Shown piece after piece: positions 9,354 to 19,210 of a stretch of DNA of 64,000 nucleotides. How positions within the stretch are numbered: position 1 is the first letter of the stretch; every line of letters starts with the position of its first letter. The notes below the pieces were generated by a model. That model worked only from the letters and a program-made list of their open reading frames with translations. It was not told the DNA's origin and ran no database searches. The stretch is from Bacteroidota bacterium (GTDB lineage: Bacteria > Bacteroidota > Bacteroidia > Chitinophagales > CAIODY01), in the NCBI GenBank assembly GCA_046051225.1, contig JBJOOR010000007.1:87894-151893 (forward strand), in the 5' to 3' direction. Position numbers and translations under genes: made by a program.

Positions 9354-10691
9354 ATGCAAAGAAGAAGTTTTATAAAAAAAACAGCATTAGCCACCGCAAG
9401 TGTATTGATAGCTCCGTACATTTTACCAAGTGGTAGATTATTTGCTGCTACAGGTAGCCGCATAGCCAATCATGTGGTGTATGTATTATTTGCAGGCGGA
9501 ATAAGAAATCAGGAAAGCGTTCACAAATCATATTTATCAGCCCAAACTGGGTTTTCGGCATCGGGCAATTTAATGGAAAATATGATTACAGGCACACCGC
9601 CAAATGGTAGTTTATTATATAATAGATGGTCGCCAATTCTAACCTCTCCCCTATCTCAACAAGGCGTTTTATTTCCTGAAATGGAATATAAAACTGGCCC
9701 AACAGGGCATTTCAATGGACATACAGTAGCTATCACTGGCAATTATACCAACACAGGATTAAATTTAAGTATTAATCCTGATATGCCTACCATTTTCGAA
9801 TATTATAGAAAACACAGTACACCTTTAAAAAGTGCTTTAAATAGTTGGTGGATTAGCGAAGGCTTAGGCCCATATCCATCTTTAAACTATAGCCGTCATG
9901 CCGATTACGGAGCAATGTATGGCGCTAACTATCTAAATCCATCTACAATTTTTCAAAATTATGGGCAACAATATTTAGCTGCGGCAAAAAATTATCAACC
10001 CGATGATGTAAACCGAATGGAAGCCATGAAATCATTTTTGAATAATAGCTTTCATCAATCAGCCAATGCTTTACCAGGCATTAAAAATGATTTTGCTGAT
10101 AAGCAGCAAATAAAAAGTTTTATCTCAAATTTAATTTCAAAAACACAAAATAATCAAATGCAATGGCCTTTGCCTGCATCGGCTACCACCAACGATTTAT
10201 CGGGCGATTTAACCAATTTAGCTTATGGCTGGGAAGTAATGAATACATTTAAACCCGAGCTAATGGTTATAAATACTTTTAATTTAGATGTTTGCCACAG
10301 CGACTTTACAGGCTATTTGCAATTTTTACATAAGGCTGATTATGGCATAGGTTGGTTATGGAATAAAATACAATCAACACCAGGATTGATGAATGATACA
10401 GTGTTAATCTGTATGCCCGAACATGGCAGGAACTTACAACCCAATGCCATTTATGATGCTAATGGATTAAGAGCCTTTGATCATACTAGCGACCAAAACA
10501 GTAGAAGAATGTTTGGGCTAATGGTAGGTCCCAATGGTAAAGTAAAACAAAATTCAATCTTTGGTTCGCAATCTACACCTGTAGGCGAAAGCATTGATAT
10601 GGTACCAACAATTGCACATATTTTAGGATTTGACAATGATATTCCTTCTGGTTTATTACCAGGCAGAGTACTTACCGAAGCTTTTATTTGA
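9354..10691 (+). CDS. Tat-exported alkaline-phosphatase/sulfatase-fold protein (DUF1501-like)
   Basis: MQRRSFIKK Tat signal; FAGG, D.CH, PEHGR, D..PTIA.ILG motifs. Confidence 0.6.
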   Translation: MQRRSFIKKTALATASVLIAPYILPSGRLFAATGSRIANHVVYVLFAGGIRNQESVHKSYLSAQTGFSASGNLMENMITGTPPNGSLLYNRWSPILTSPLSQQGVLFPEMEYKTGPTGHFNGHTVAITGNYTNTGLNLSINPDMPTIFEYYRKHSTPLKSALNSWWISEGLGPYPSLNYSRHADYGAMYGANYLNPSTIFQNYGQQYLAAAKNYQPDDVNRMEAMKSFLNNSFHQSANALPGIKNDFADKQQIKSFISNLISKTQNNQMQWPLPASATTNDLSGDLTNLAYGWEVMNTFKPELMVINTFNLDVCHSDFTGYLQFLHKADYGIGWLWNKIQSTPGLMNDTVLICMPEHGRNLQPNAIYDANGLRAFDHTSDQNSRRMFGLMVGPNGKVKQNSIFGSQSTPVGESIDMVPTIAHILGFDNDIPSGLLPGRVLTEAFI

Positions 10692-10734
10692 TAGCTGCTT
10701 ATCTTTCCTTTATTTTTTACTTGTTTACAAAAAT

Positions 10735-10771
10735 AAAAAAGCCATATTCAATTAATTGAATATGGCTTTTT
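10735..10771. terminator. Bidirectional terminator between convergent genes
   Basis: A6-GCCATATTCAAT/ATTGAATATGGC-T5. Confidence 0.8.
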
Positions 10772-10790
10772 ATGAATATATAATTTTTCA

Positions 10791-12368
10791 TTACTTAAAC
10801 CCCTTCAATGCCTCTTTGGCTTGTGCATCTTCAGGATCTAAAACCAATATTTTTTCAATAAAACTTTTTGCTGTTGTATTATCATTTTGTTGAATAGCGG
10901 CATACGAAGCCAAATACCTATAAGCATTTATTATTTGACCTTTATTTTTTACATCATCCATTTTTACAGTTTCCAAATATTTTTCATAAAAAGGTTTAGC
11001 CAATCCCAATGCACTTTCAGGATCTAATCGAATACAACATTGAGCCCTACCCAACCAACCACTTGGCGATGAAGGCAAAATTTCTGTAATTTTTTTATTT
11101 ACCGAATCTGCCATTTTCCAATTTTCATTATAATAATAACTTCTTGAAGCATAAAAATAAGTATTTGCATTGCCTTTATATCCACTGTTCATAGCTGCTT
11201 CGTAATCAGCAATTACTTGGCTATATTTTTTTTGTTTAAAATTAATAGCCAAAATATCGTTTGTAAAATCAGCATTTTTATCTACTTCCATTGCCTTTTT
11301 CATAGTAATGATTGCAATAGAATCTTTACCAGTTTTGGTTAATGCTTTTACATAATTTGTATAATCGGTGGCCAACATTTTATCAACTGGTACTAATCTA
11401 AAATAATTAGCAAAAGCAGATTCGGCTTCGGGCATTTTATCTTGCTTTACCAATGAGTAAGCTAAATAGCGATACAATTTATAATTGTTCGGTTGGCTCA
11501 AAAGTTCAGTATTTGCAGCTTTTATTACATCGTCATATCTTTCGGTTTTATACAAATTAATTACATTTCTTACTCTTGTTTCAGGTGTTTGATCTGCATA
11601 TTTTAAATAAGTATCATATTCTGTTTTTGCTTTTTCAAATTTGCCCGAGAAAAAATATAAATCAGATAATTCACGATGAGCTGGCGGAAATGCTTCATCT
11701 ATCTCAATTGCTTTATTAAAATCTTTTGCTGCTTCATCTAAATTTTTTGCTCTTACATATATCATTCCCATTTTAACCAATGCAGATGCACGTTTTGGGT
11801 CGTTAGCAACCGCAGCTTCATAATTTGTCATGGCATTACCCCCATCATTTTTAAATAAATAAGCATCGCCTAAAGCCTCATAAGCACCTGCACTTTTATC
11901 ATTCATTTCAATTTTCTTTTTCATTAATTCGATGGCTAAATCAGGCATCCCATTTTTTTCATCGCATATATATCCTTTGGCCACTAATACCGCAGTAGGA
12001 ATATCTTTGCCACTAACCATATCAATTACTTTATTGAAATTTTTTAGTACATCGTCTTTTTTGCCTTCTACTAAAAAACATTTTCCTAAGCCTACATAAT
12101 TAGCAGGAAAACGTGGATTAGCAGCTATTCCACCTTGATAAATAATTTTAGCCGAATCAAATTGTTCGTTTTTAAAATAGGCTTCGCCCAAATTAAACCA
12201 CTTATCAGCATCCGTAGAATTTGCTTTTAATATTGGTATATAAATACTTTTTGCAGTTGAAAAATTTTCATACAACATTGCCTTTGCACCATCGGCTTCG
12301 GTTTGGGCATTTACATTTTTAGAGAAGATAAATAAGCTGGATGCAGCCACTATAAATATTTTTTTCAT
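10791..12368 (-). CDS. Secreted tetratricopeptide repeat protein
   Basis: Signal peptide MKKIFIV...NA-Q; many TPR-like helical repeats. Confidence 0.85.
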   Translation of the reverse strand: MKKIFIVAASSLFIFSKNVNAQTEADGAKAMLYENFSTAKSIYIPILKANSTDADKWFNLGEAYFKNEQFDSAKIIYQGGIAANPRFPANYVGLGKCFLVEGKKDDVLKNFNKVIDMVSGKDIPTAVLVAKGYICDEKNGMPDLAIELMKKKIEMNDKSAGAYEALGDAYLFKNDGGNAMTNYEAAVANDPKRASALVKMGMIYVRAKNLDEAAKDFNKAIEIDEAFPPAHRELSDLYFFSGKFEKAKTEYDTYLKYADQTPETRVRNVINLYKTERYDDVIKAANTELLSQPNNYKLYRYLAYSLVKQDKMPEAESAFANYFRLVPVDKMLATDYTNYVKALTKTGKDSIAIITMKKAMEVDKNADFTNDILAINFKQKKYSQVIADYEAAMNSGYKGNANTYFYASRSYYYNENWKMADSVNKKITEILPSSPSGWLGRAQCCIRLDPESALGLAKPFYEKYLETVKMDDVKNKGQIINAYRYLASYAAIQQNDNTTAKSFIEKILVLDPEDAQAKEALKGFK

Positions 12369-12406
12369 TGCTATGTTTTTCAATACTTGATGATTAACGA
12401 TTTTGA

Positions 12407-13366
12407 TTAAATTTTATTTTTTAAATGAATAATTCTGATAGGCATAGTAGATGGCACCAAGCCACGTTTAGAAATTATGCGCTGACCTTTGTCGCTTGCT
12501 AAGAAAGATACAAAGCCAGTGCCAAGCCCTGCTCGGGCTTCACGACTTACTGAATAAATATGTCGAGTAAGTGGATAAAAGCCGCTATAAATATAGCTTT
12601 GTAAAGGTTGAGGATAATCTACTTCAACCCTTTTAATTGGATTAATACCTACTACTTTTACTTTGCCGGTAAATCCTAATGGGTCTTTAGCCTCAATGTC
12701 TTTACACCAATTTACACCAATAATTCCAATTGCATTTTCATTTTTATTTACATAATCAATTACTTCTTCATTGGTTTTTGTAGCAAAAATATTTTTGGGT
12801 AATTCGTTGCCCCGAATGATAGAATCCTTAATATATCGTAATGTGCTACTAGTAGGATTATCAAATACAATTTGAATATTGCTTAATGTAGAATTCGAAC
12901 TTATATTTTTCCAAGTCGAAATTTTGCCTGTAAGTATTTGTGTAAGTTGGATATAATTCAATACTGTATCCTTATTGTTATTATTTACTACAAATGCAAT
13001 GGCATCTTTAGCAATATTGGTTTCAATAGGAAAATATTTTTGTTCGTTTAAATTTTTCTGTTCATCCACGTTTAATTTTCGAGCTACAATAATTACTTTA
13101 GAAGTATCAGTAATTAAATCTTTAAAACATTCCAATTCACTTTCATATCGCACGTTTACATGAGCATTTTTATACAAAGCATGAAATACTGTAATCTCTG
13201 AATCGATGATTGGCTTTAGTGTTTCATCAACGCTTATAGTTACATTGCCCGAAGTTGGTGTATCATCATATTTTGATTCTGATGTTGAATTGCAGCTAAA
13301 TTGAAATGCAATCAGCAAAATAAAAACAATACTTTTTATCCAGTTTGTTTTACAAATCATAATCAT
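12407..13366 (-). CDS. PstS-like substrate-binding lipoprotein
   Basis: Lipobox FSC; DTPTSG...SVDET, IAKDAIA, AIGIIGVNW, YPL. Confidence 0.85.
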   Translation of the reverse strand: MIMICKTNWIKSIVFILLIAFQFSCNSTSESKYDDTPTSGNVTISVDETLKPIIDSEITVFHALYKNAHVNVRYESELECFKDLITDTSKVIIVARKLNVDEQKNLNEQKYFPIETNIAKDAIAFVVNNNNKDTVLNYIQLTQILTGKISTWKNISSNSTLSNIQIVFDNPTSSTLRYIKDSIIRGNELPKNIFATKTNEEVIDYVNKNENAIGIIGVNWCKDIEAKDPLGFTGKVKVVGINPIKRVEVDYPQPLQSYIYSGFYPLTRHIYSVSREARAGLGTGFVSFLASDKGQRIISKRGLVPSTMPIRIIHLKNKI

Positions 13367-13554
13367 TGTTGTTTTGTTTTAAAAGCTCTCCATAATCTAA
13401 ACAAACCATAGGCAAGCATAAAAAATGCTAAGCCATATACTTTAGTAGTTCCAAAAGTTGGCTTTAAATACGTATCGAAAAATGCTAAAAAAACAGCAAT
13501 AAAAATATACATAAATCCTGCTGCAATATTTACGTAGTACAATGCTTTTGACAT
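13363..13554 (-). CDS. Small membrane protein
   Basis: Two TM segments, YGLFRLWR; overlaps the next gene start. Confidence 0.7.
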   Translation of the reverse strand: MSKALYYVNIAAGFMYIFIAVFLAFFDTYLKPTFGTTKVYGLAFFMLAYGLFRLWRAFKTKQQ

Positions 13555-13565
13555 ATTAATTCTAA

Positions 13566-14282
13566 TTATTTTGAAATCTTAAATTCAAACGGGATGGTTA
13601 CAAAACTATCAACCCATTTATTATTTATGTAAGCAGGCATCCACTTTTTTGGCATCAAATTAAAAACTCGTAAAGCCTCTGCATCAAGCAACTTACTTAC
13701 CGAAGTAATAATTTCTGGATTACTAATCATTCCATCTTTTGATACAAAAGCTTTAATAATGCATGTGCCTTCTATCATTTTCTTTTTAGCTTTTTCAGGA
13801 TAAGAAATATTATTTTTAATAAATAATTTCATCGATTCTTCGCCGCCAGGAAATTGAGGTTTGTCGGGTTGTAAATTATCTGTTTCAGTTTCTAAATTAA
13901 ATACGATAGGAAAAACCATTTTCACATTTACTATTTTCCCATTCTGCATGCCAGGTTTCCAATCGGGCGATAGTTTTAACACTCTAATTGCCTCTTCGCC
14001 ACAGCCGCCGCCAATATCTCTTAATACTTTTAAATCGGTTAGCTTTCCCTCGGTTGTTACCACAAATGAAACCATTACTCTGCCTTCAATATTTTCATTT
14101 TTTGCACTTTCAGGATATTTGATATTTACTGAAATAAATTTCATCAATGCAGCTTCGCCGCCAATAAATTCGGGCATTTGCTGAACATAAGAAAATACTT
14201 CTAAATTATTTTGCTGGGCAAAAATATTTTTTTGCAAAAACAAAAAACTGATTACTAAAACAATTGAAATTTTTTTGTACAT
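13566..14282 (-). CDS. Energy transducer TonB family protein with two TonB C-terminal domains
   Basis: MPEFIGG..IKYP..A..IEG.V and PQFPGG..ISYP repeats. Confidence 0.85.
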   Translation of the reverse strand: MYKKISIVLVISFLFLQKNIFAQQNNLEVFSYVQQMPEFIGGEAALMKFISVNIKYPESAKNENIEGRVMVSFVVTTEGKLTDLKVLRDIGGGCGEEAIRVLKLSPDWKPGMQNGKIVNVKMVFPIVFNLETETDNLQPDKPQFPGGEESMKLFIKNNISYPEKAKKKMIEGTCIIKAFVSKDGMISNPEIITSVSKLLDAEALRVFNLMPKKWMPAYINNKWVDSFVTIPFEFKISK

Positions 14283-14306
14283 ATTTTAATATTAGATGCT
14301 TAAAAA

Positions 14307-15521
14307 TTAATTTTCCATAACGGTTTTCTTTTCAATAGCAGCTACGCCAGGCAATTCCTTTCCTTCAAAAAATTCTAACAATGCGCCGCCACCTGTACTT
14401 ACATAACTTACACCTGAAGCTAAATTAAATTGGTTAATTGCCGCAGCACTATCGCCACCGCCGATTAGCGAAAATGCTCCATTTGATGTAGCATCAACAA
14501 TGGCTTCGGCTATTTTTTTTGTTCCGTTTTCAAATGCTTTCATTTCAAAAACACCCATTGGTCCATTCCATAAAATGGTTTTCGAATTTTTAATTTGAGT
14601 TGAAAAAAGTTCAATTGCTTTTTCGCCAATATCCAATCCCATCCACTCGGCAGGAATGTTTTCATTATCTACTGTTGATATTGAAGCATCAGCCGCAAAT
14701 TTATCTGCAATTACAGAATCTAAAGCCAACAACAATTTTACATTTTTTGATTTTGCTTTTTCAATTAATTCTTTTGCTGTTTCTACTTTATCATCTTCGC
14801 AAAGCGATTTGCCAATTGATTTGCCTTGAGCTTTCATAAATGTATACGTCATGCCGCCACCAATTATCAAAGCATCTACGGTGTCCATCAATTTTTCAAT
14901 AATCATTATTTTATCCGATACTTTTGCGCCGCCAATGATAGCAGTAAAAGGCTTTTCGGGGTGTAAAATAACTTTTCGAGCATTAGCTACTTCGGCAGCC
15001 ATTAAATAGCCAAACATTTTTTTATCATCTGCAAAATGATTGGCAATAATAGTTGTAGAGGCATGCGCCCTGTGTGCTGTACCAAATGCATCATTCACAT
15101 ATACATCGGCATACGATGCTAATTTTTTCGCAAAATCATCATTCCCTTTTTCTTCTTCTTTATAAAATCTTAAGTTTTCGAGCAATAAAACTTCGCCGCT
15201 TTTTAATGCTGCCGATTTTTCAATTGCCTCATCGCCTGCGCAATCATTAGCAAACTGAATAGGCAAATTATTGAGTAATGCTGATAAATGACTCACTACA
15301 TGTTTTAACGAATATTTTTCAGTTGGCCCTTCTTTTGGTCGACCTAAATGACTCATTAGAATTACACTTCCACCATCATTCAATATTTTATTAATAGTGG
15401 GCAAAGCCGCTTTTATTCGGCTATCATCAGTAATTTTAAATTCGGCATTTAATGGCACATTAAAATCTACACGAATAATAGCTCGGTGGTTATTAAAATT
15501 AAAACTTTCAACTGTTTTCAT
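14307..15521 (-). CDS. pgk: Phosphoglycerate kinase
   Basis: [29 protein letters not shown]. Confidence 0.98.
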   Translation of the reverse strand: MKTVESFNFNNHRAIIRVDFNVPLNAEFKITDDSRIKAALPTINKILNDGGSVILMSHLGRPKEGPTEKYSLKHVVSHLSALLNNLPIQFANDCAGDEAIEKSAALKSGEVLLLENLRFYKEEEKGNDDFAKKLASYADVYVNDAFGTAHRAHASTTIIANHFADDKKMFGYLMAAEVANARKVILHPEKPFTAIIGGAKVSDKIMIIEKLMDTVDALIIGGGMTYTFMKAQGKSIGKSLCEDDKVETAKELIEKAKSKNVKLLLALDSVIADKFAADASISTVDNENIPAEWMGLDIGEKAIELFSTQIKNSKTILWNGPMGVFEMKAFENGTKKIAEAIVDATSNGAFSLIGGGDSAAAINQFNLASGVSYVSTGGGALLEFFEGKELPGVAAIEKKTVMEN

Positions 15522-15588
15522 TTGATGAATAATTTATTTTTAAAATGGATTGCAAAAATATAAACGAAATGCTTTAGAATTTTATTTT

Positions 15589-16221
15589 TTAGTTACTTCT
15601 TTTCAAATTCATTTTTTCGGATAACCAATACACAATGCAGGTAAGTTCTACTCCTATTATCATTCCAAAATAAGTATCACAAACAAAATGAGCTGCTAAA
15701 TAAACTCTTGAAATGCCTACTGCCAAAGCAATAAATGCAAACGCGATTGACCAATATTTATTTTTTACCAATAGTGCTAACAAACAAAAAATACTAAAAG
15801 CGGATGTAGTATGACCCGATGGAAAGCTAGACCAATGAAGTATTTCGGCACCAGTTGGAAAATTAATGGCAATATGTTGCTGCGAAAAATACTCAACAGG
15901 TCGGGGAATATTATCTAAAAAATATTTGATTAATTGAGCCACCAAACTGGTAAGTGCAAAGCATATAATAGCTATCATTCCTTTCCATTTATCTACCATT
16001 AATAATGCTACACAAACGGCTGCATAAGTATAACCGCTGCCTAAAAATGTGAAAATTTTGAATAAAAAATTTGAATAGCTATTTACAAATAAGTTGATAA
16101 ATAAAAACAATTCTTGTTGCGAATAATTTATTTGCAATATGCCAAAACTAACTACCAATAAACCATACAGCCAAAAAAAATATTTAATTTCAGGTTTATT
16201 AGAATAATACAATGAATACAT
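15589..16221 (-). CDS. PAP2 family phosphatase
   Basis: K...RP, SFPSGH, SRVYLAAH..D. Confidence 0.9.
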   Translation of the reverse strand: MYSLYYSNKPEIKYFFWLYGLLVVSFGILQINYSQQELFLFINLFVNSYSNFLFKIFTFLGSGYTYAAVCVALLMVDKWKGMIAIICFALTSLVAQLIKYFLDNIPRPVEYFSQQHIAINFPTGAEILHWSSFPSGHTTSAFSIFCLLALLVKNKYWSIAFAFIALAVGISRVYLAAHFVCDTYFGMIIGVELTCIVYWLSEKMNLKRSN

Positions 16222-16236
16222 TTTGTGAACAGAAGT

Positions 16237-17688
16237 TTATTGATAATTTTTAAAAATAAATTTCGGTTTCAAAAATTTCGGAATCCATTTCATGGTGTAG
16301 AATTTATGGATAATAGAATCACGAGATAAGAATATCAAGGCATCTTGTCGGGCTTTATTTACCACCCACAATGCCACAGGAAACAACACAATTAATGGCA
16401 ACCAACACCCCAACCATACTGGCATTTTCATGCCTTCGGCAAATTTTTGTCCTGTCATATTTGCTACATGAAACACTACAAAAAATACAACAGCCACCAC
16501 CAAAGGCATACCCAAGCCGCCTTTACGAATAATAGCACCCAATGCACCACCCATAATAATTAAAAGTAAACAAGCCAACGAGTATGAAAATTTATGATGA
16601 ATTTCAATATCAAATCGAGCTACATTTTCTTTTGAATAGCCTACATCTCTACTAGTTGAACTAATATTTGAACGTACATCTTGTGCTATACTGAAAGCCT
16701 TTTCGGCTATTCTTGTTCTGTTTTTTTTAGGCAAGGATGCAAAAAAATCGGCAACAGGTTTTGATGATTTTACAACCTGTAAATTAGAATCGGGCAGATA
16801 ATTAAAATTATAAAATCTACTGATGTAATTATTCAAATAAGAATAGTACTGCATGCGTTGCTTAAAAATAGTATCTACTTGGCTATTCAGTTGTTTAATA
16901 TTCATCATTTGATAATGATTCTTAAACAAATTTTCATTAGTACGTTCAAATCTAAAACCCGATAAATCAAAATACTTTTTATACTCTTTAAAATCGCTAC
17001 GTACAAACTCGGCCGACTGGGTATTTTTTGGTGGCATATCTTGATAATGCGACCCATCTTTTAAAGTAATAATTAAAAATCGCTTATCGGCTGTAGTTAC
17101 CAATTCGCCTTGCTTTGCTACAATAATATTATCATTGCCTCTGCCACTTGTATGGTCATAAATCATTACATCGTGTATCGTTTTTCCATCTGCATCTTTC
17201 TTCGAAATTTTGATTGAATAGCCTTCAATTCCATTATTAAATTTTCCTTCTTTTATGCTTAATGATGGTTTACTATTTTGAATATCATATAATAAAGTAC
17301 CCGATTTTAAATTGGCAACTGGAATAATATAATTATTAAAAATAAATGCAAACAGCGATAATGATAAACCTGCAAAAACTATAGAACGCATAAATCTGAA
17401 CAATGAAATACCCGACGATTTGAATGCTGTAAGTTCTTGAAATTCGGCAAGGTTTCCCATCGTCATGATAGAAGCCAAAAGACATGCAAGCGGCAATGAA
17501 AGCGGAACAAGACTAGCAGATGTAAAAAATAAAAGTTTGGCAATTACCAATCCATCTAAATCTTTACCTGCTAAATCATCAATATACTTCCACACAAATT
17601 GCATTAAAAACACAAAAAGTGTAATAAAAAAAGTAGCAATAAAGGGTGGTATAAACGACCGTAAAATCAGCCAGTCTATTTTTTTCAT
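16237..17688 (-). CDS. LptF/LptG family LPS export permease
   Basis: KYIDDLAGK, ELTAFKSSGISL, RKGGLG; 3+3 TM layout. Confidence 0.9.
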   Translation of the reverse strand: MKKIDWLILRSFIPPFIATFFITLFVFLMQFVWKYIDDLAGKDLDGLVIAKLLFFTSASLVPLSLPLACLLASIMTMGNLAEFQELTAFKSSGISLFRFMRSIVFAGLSLSLFAFIFNNYIIPVANLKSGTLLYDIQNSKPSLSIKEGKFNNGIEGYSIKISKKDADGKTIHDVMIYDHTSGRGNDNIIVAKQGELVTTADKRFLIITLKDGSHYQDMPPKNTQSAEFVRSDFKEYKKYFDLSGFRFERTNENLFKNHYQMMNIKQLNSQVDTIFKQRMQYYSYLNNYISRFYNFNYLPDSNLQVVKSSKPVADFFASLPKKNRTRIAEKAFSIAQDVRSNISSTSRDVGYSKENVARFDIEIHHKFSYSLACLLLIIMGGALGAIIRKGGLGMPLVVAVVFFVVFHVANMTGQKFAEGMKMPVWLGCWLPLIVLFPVALWVVNKARQDALIFLSRDSIIHKFYTMKWIPKFLKPKFIFKNYQ

Positions 17689-17791
17689 GCTGAAAATTTA
17701 GTGCTGAAAGATACTACACAATCGCCAAACTTAAAATGATTATAAAATTGAAATTGATAATAAAGTATGAATAATATTTTATCGTTTTACA

Positions 17792-17845
17792 TTCGCAATC
17801 GGAGATTGCTGTCAGCCAAAGCGTAGTCGGAAACATACGCTTGTC
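17792..17845 (+). repeat. REP copy 1 (double hairpin, second stem degenerate)
   Basis: TTCGCAATC-GGA-GATTGCTGTCAGCCAAAGCGTAGTC-GGA-AACATACGCTTGTC. Confidence 0.9.
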
Positions 17846-17871
17846 AAATACACGTTTTTATACTATGTTTG
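17841..17871 (+). promoter_or_regulatory. Bacteroidota housekeeping-type promoter at REP1 end
   Basis: TTG-N20-TATGTTTG. Confidence 0.6.
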
Positions 17872-17875
17872 TTAA

Positions 17876-18355
17876 GTGATATTAAATAAACAAACTATAG
17901 TTTCTAAATCAATTCCTGTATTGGTACTATTAAACTTAGGAATACTAATACTTATTCTATTAAAAAAACTATTTTATAGTCCATCAATTAACATTCTCGA
18001 TTTACTTCTTTACATTATTTTTAATGTAATATTTTTTTATGGTATATATTTAAATTTAATATGGGTTTTAAAAAATAAAAAGGAAAAGAAATCTATAATT
18101 TTTAATTTATGCTATTTTGGATTTCAGATTTTTACAATTAAAATTTTTGGTATAATTTACTACATTGATACAACAATTAATTTGGGAATATTCCTAATTG
18201 AGAATAATAAAATTTGTGATTTTGGATATAATGTTAGGCTAATAAACTTTGCATATAGTTTTTATTTTACTAATGATACTAATAGTCTTTTAGGGATTAA
18301 TTTTTCGGCGTTAATTTTATTTGTAATCTTAAAATGGAATTTTAATAAAAAATGA
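17876..18355 (+). CDS. Orphan multi-TM membrane protein (cargo); start uncertain (GTG)
   Basis: 159-aa hydrophobic, very AT-rich ORF; stop 1 bp before REP2. Confidence 0.6.
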   Translation: MILNKQTIVSKSIPVLVLLNLGILILILLKKLFYSPSINILDLLLYIIFNVIFFYGIYLNLIWVLKNKKEKKSIIFNLCYFGFQIFTIKIFGIIYYIDTTINLGIFLIENNKICDFGYNVRLINFAYSFYFTNDTNSLLGINFSALILFVILKWNFNKK

Positions 18356-18356
18356 A

Positions 18357-18410
18357 CCCCGACAAGCGTAGTCTCCGACTACGCTTCTGCTGAAAGCAAT
18401 CTCCGATTGC
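18357..18410 (-). repeat. REP copy 2 (inverted)
   Basis: Reverse complement GCAATCGGAGATTGCTTTCAGCAGAAGCGTAGTCGGAGACTACGCTTGTCGGGG. Confidence 0.92.
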
Positions 18411-18419
18411 TATATTTAT

Positions 18420-18965
18420 TTACACAAAATCAATTTCAATCAAACTTTCTTCGCCTGCATAATTTGAAGCACTGCTGTATAAATAATGTTCGGGCTTTGA
18501 TACAATTCCAGCTCTTACAGGATTTTGATGAATGTAATTCAGCTTTTGCTGAATAAATTCATGCGAATACAATTCTTCAGCATGATTTTCATGAGTCCAG
18601 AATTGATAATTAGAATTTCTTACATGCTTAGCAGCATTAAATTTCATGCGATGCAATAGCCAATCTCGTCTGCTTTCAACGCCACTATTTTCAATTTCCA
18701 AAATAATATTTTTGGCTGTCCATTTTTTAAAATCACGAATCAAATCTGAAAGTTTTCCGTTTTTGCTTCGCATCATCACATGAATATGATTGCTCATAAT
18801 TACATAAGCAAACAGCTCCATTCCTTTTTCTTTTCGGCAATACTTAAAGCAATCTAATACAATATCTCGGTATGATTTTCTTGAAAATGCATCTACCCAA
18901 TCTACCACTGTAAACGTCATATAATATGCTGCATCTTGGTTATTAATTTGATACGCTGCCGACAT
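18420..18965 (-). CDS. REP-associated tyrosine transposase (RAYT/TnpA-REP, Y1 HUH)
   Basis: YMTFTVVDW, HUH motif YVIMSNHIH, QFW, catalytic-Tyr motif NYIHQNPVRAG, YSSA. Confidence 0.93.
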   Translation of the reverse strand: MSAAYQINNQDAAYYMTFTVVDWVDAFSRKSYRDIVLDCFKYCRKEKGMELFAYVIMSNHIHVMMRSKNGKLSDLIRDFKKWTAKNIILEIENSGVESRRDWLLHRMKFNAAKHVRNSNYQFWTHENHAEELYSHEFIQQKLNYIHQNPVRAGIVSKPEHYLYSSASNYAGEESLIEIDFV

Positions 18966-19045
18966 AATTTTTTTTGCTAAAATAATTATCTTAGCAAAAA
19001 TCAGTTTGTGTTTTTGCTAAATAATTTTAAAGTGATGTTTTTGTT

Positions 19046-19099
19046 TTCGCAATCGGAGATTGCTGTCAGCCAAAGCGTAGTCGGAGACTACGCTTGTCG
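19046..19099 (+). repeat. REP copy 3
   Basis: TTCGCAATCGGAGATTGCTGTCAGCCAAAGCGTAGTCGGAGACTACGCTTGTCG; both stems perfect. Confidence 0.92.
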
Positions 19100-19166
19100 A
19101 ATACACTTTTATATACTACGTTTGTCGGGGTTTGTCAAATACATTTTTTATACTACGTTTGTCGGG
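19094..19166 (+). promoter_or_regulatory. Two tandem ~37-bp REP-end-derived promoter units
   Basis: TTG-N20-TACGTTTG (19094-19124) and TTTG-N19-TACGTTTG (19131-19161). Confidence 0.65.
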
Positions 19167-19210
19167 AAAGGAATTAACATCACCAAAAGATTACAAACTT
19201 CAAAAACGAA

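Noticed and set aside
18420-18965. Ordinary IS200/IS605 insertion sequence
   Set aside because: No tnpB, four REP copies rather than two distinct ends, and RAYT-type motifs (NPVRAG, YSSA)
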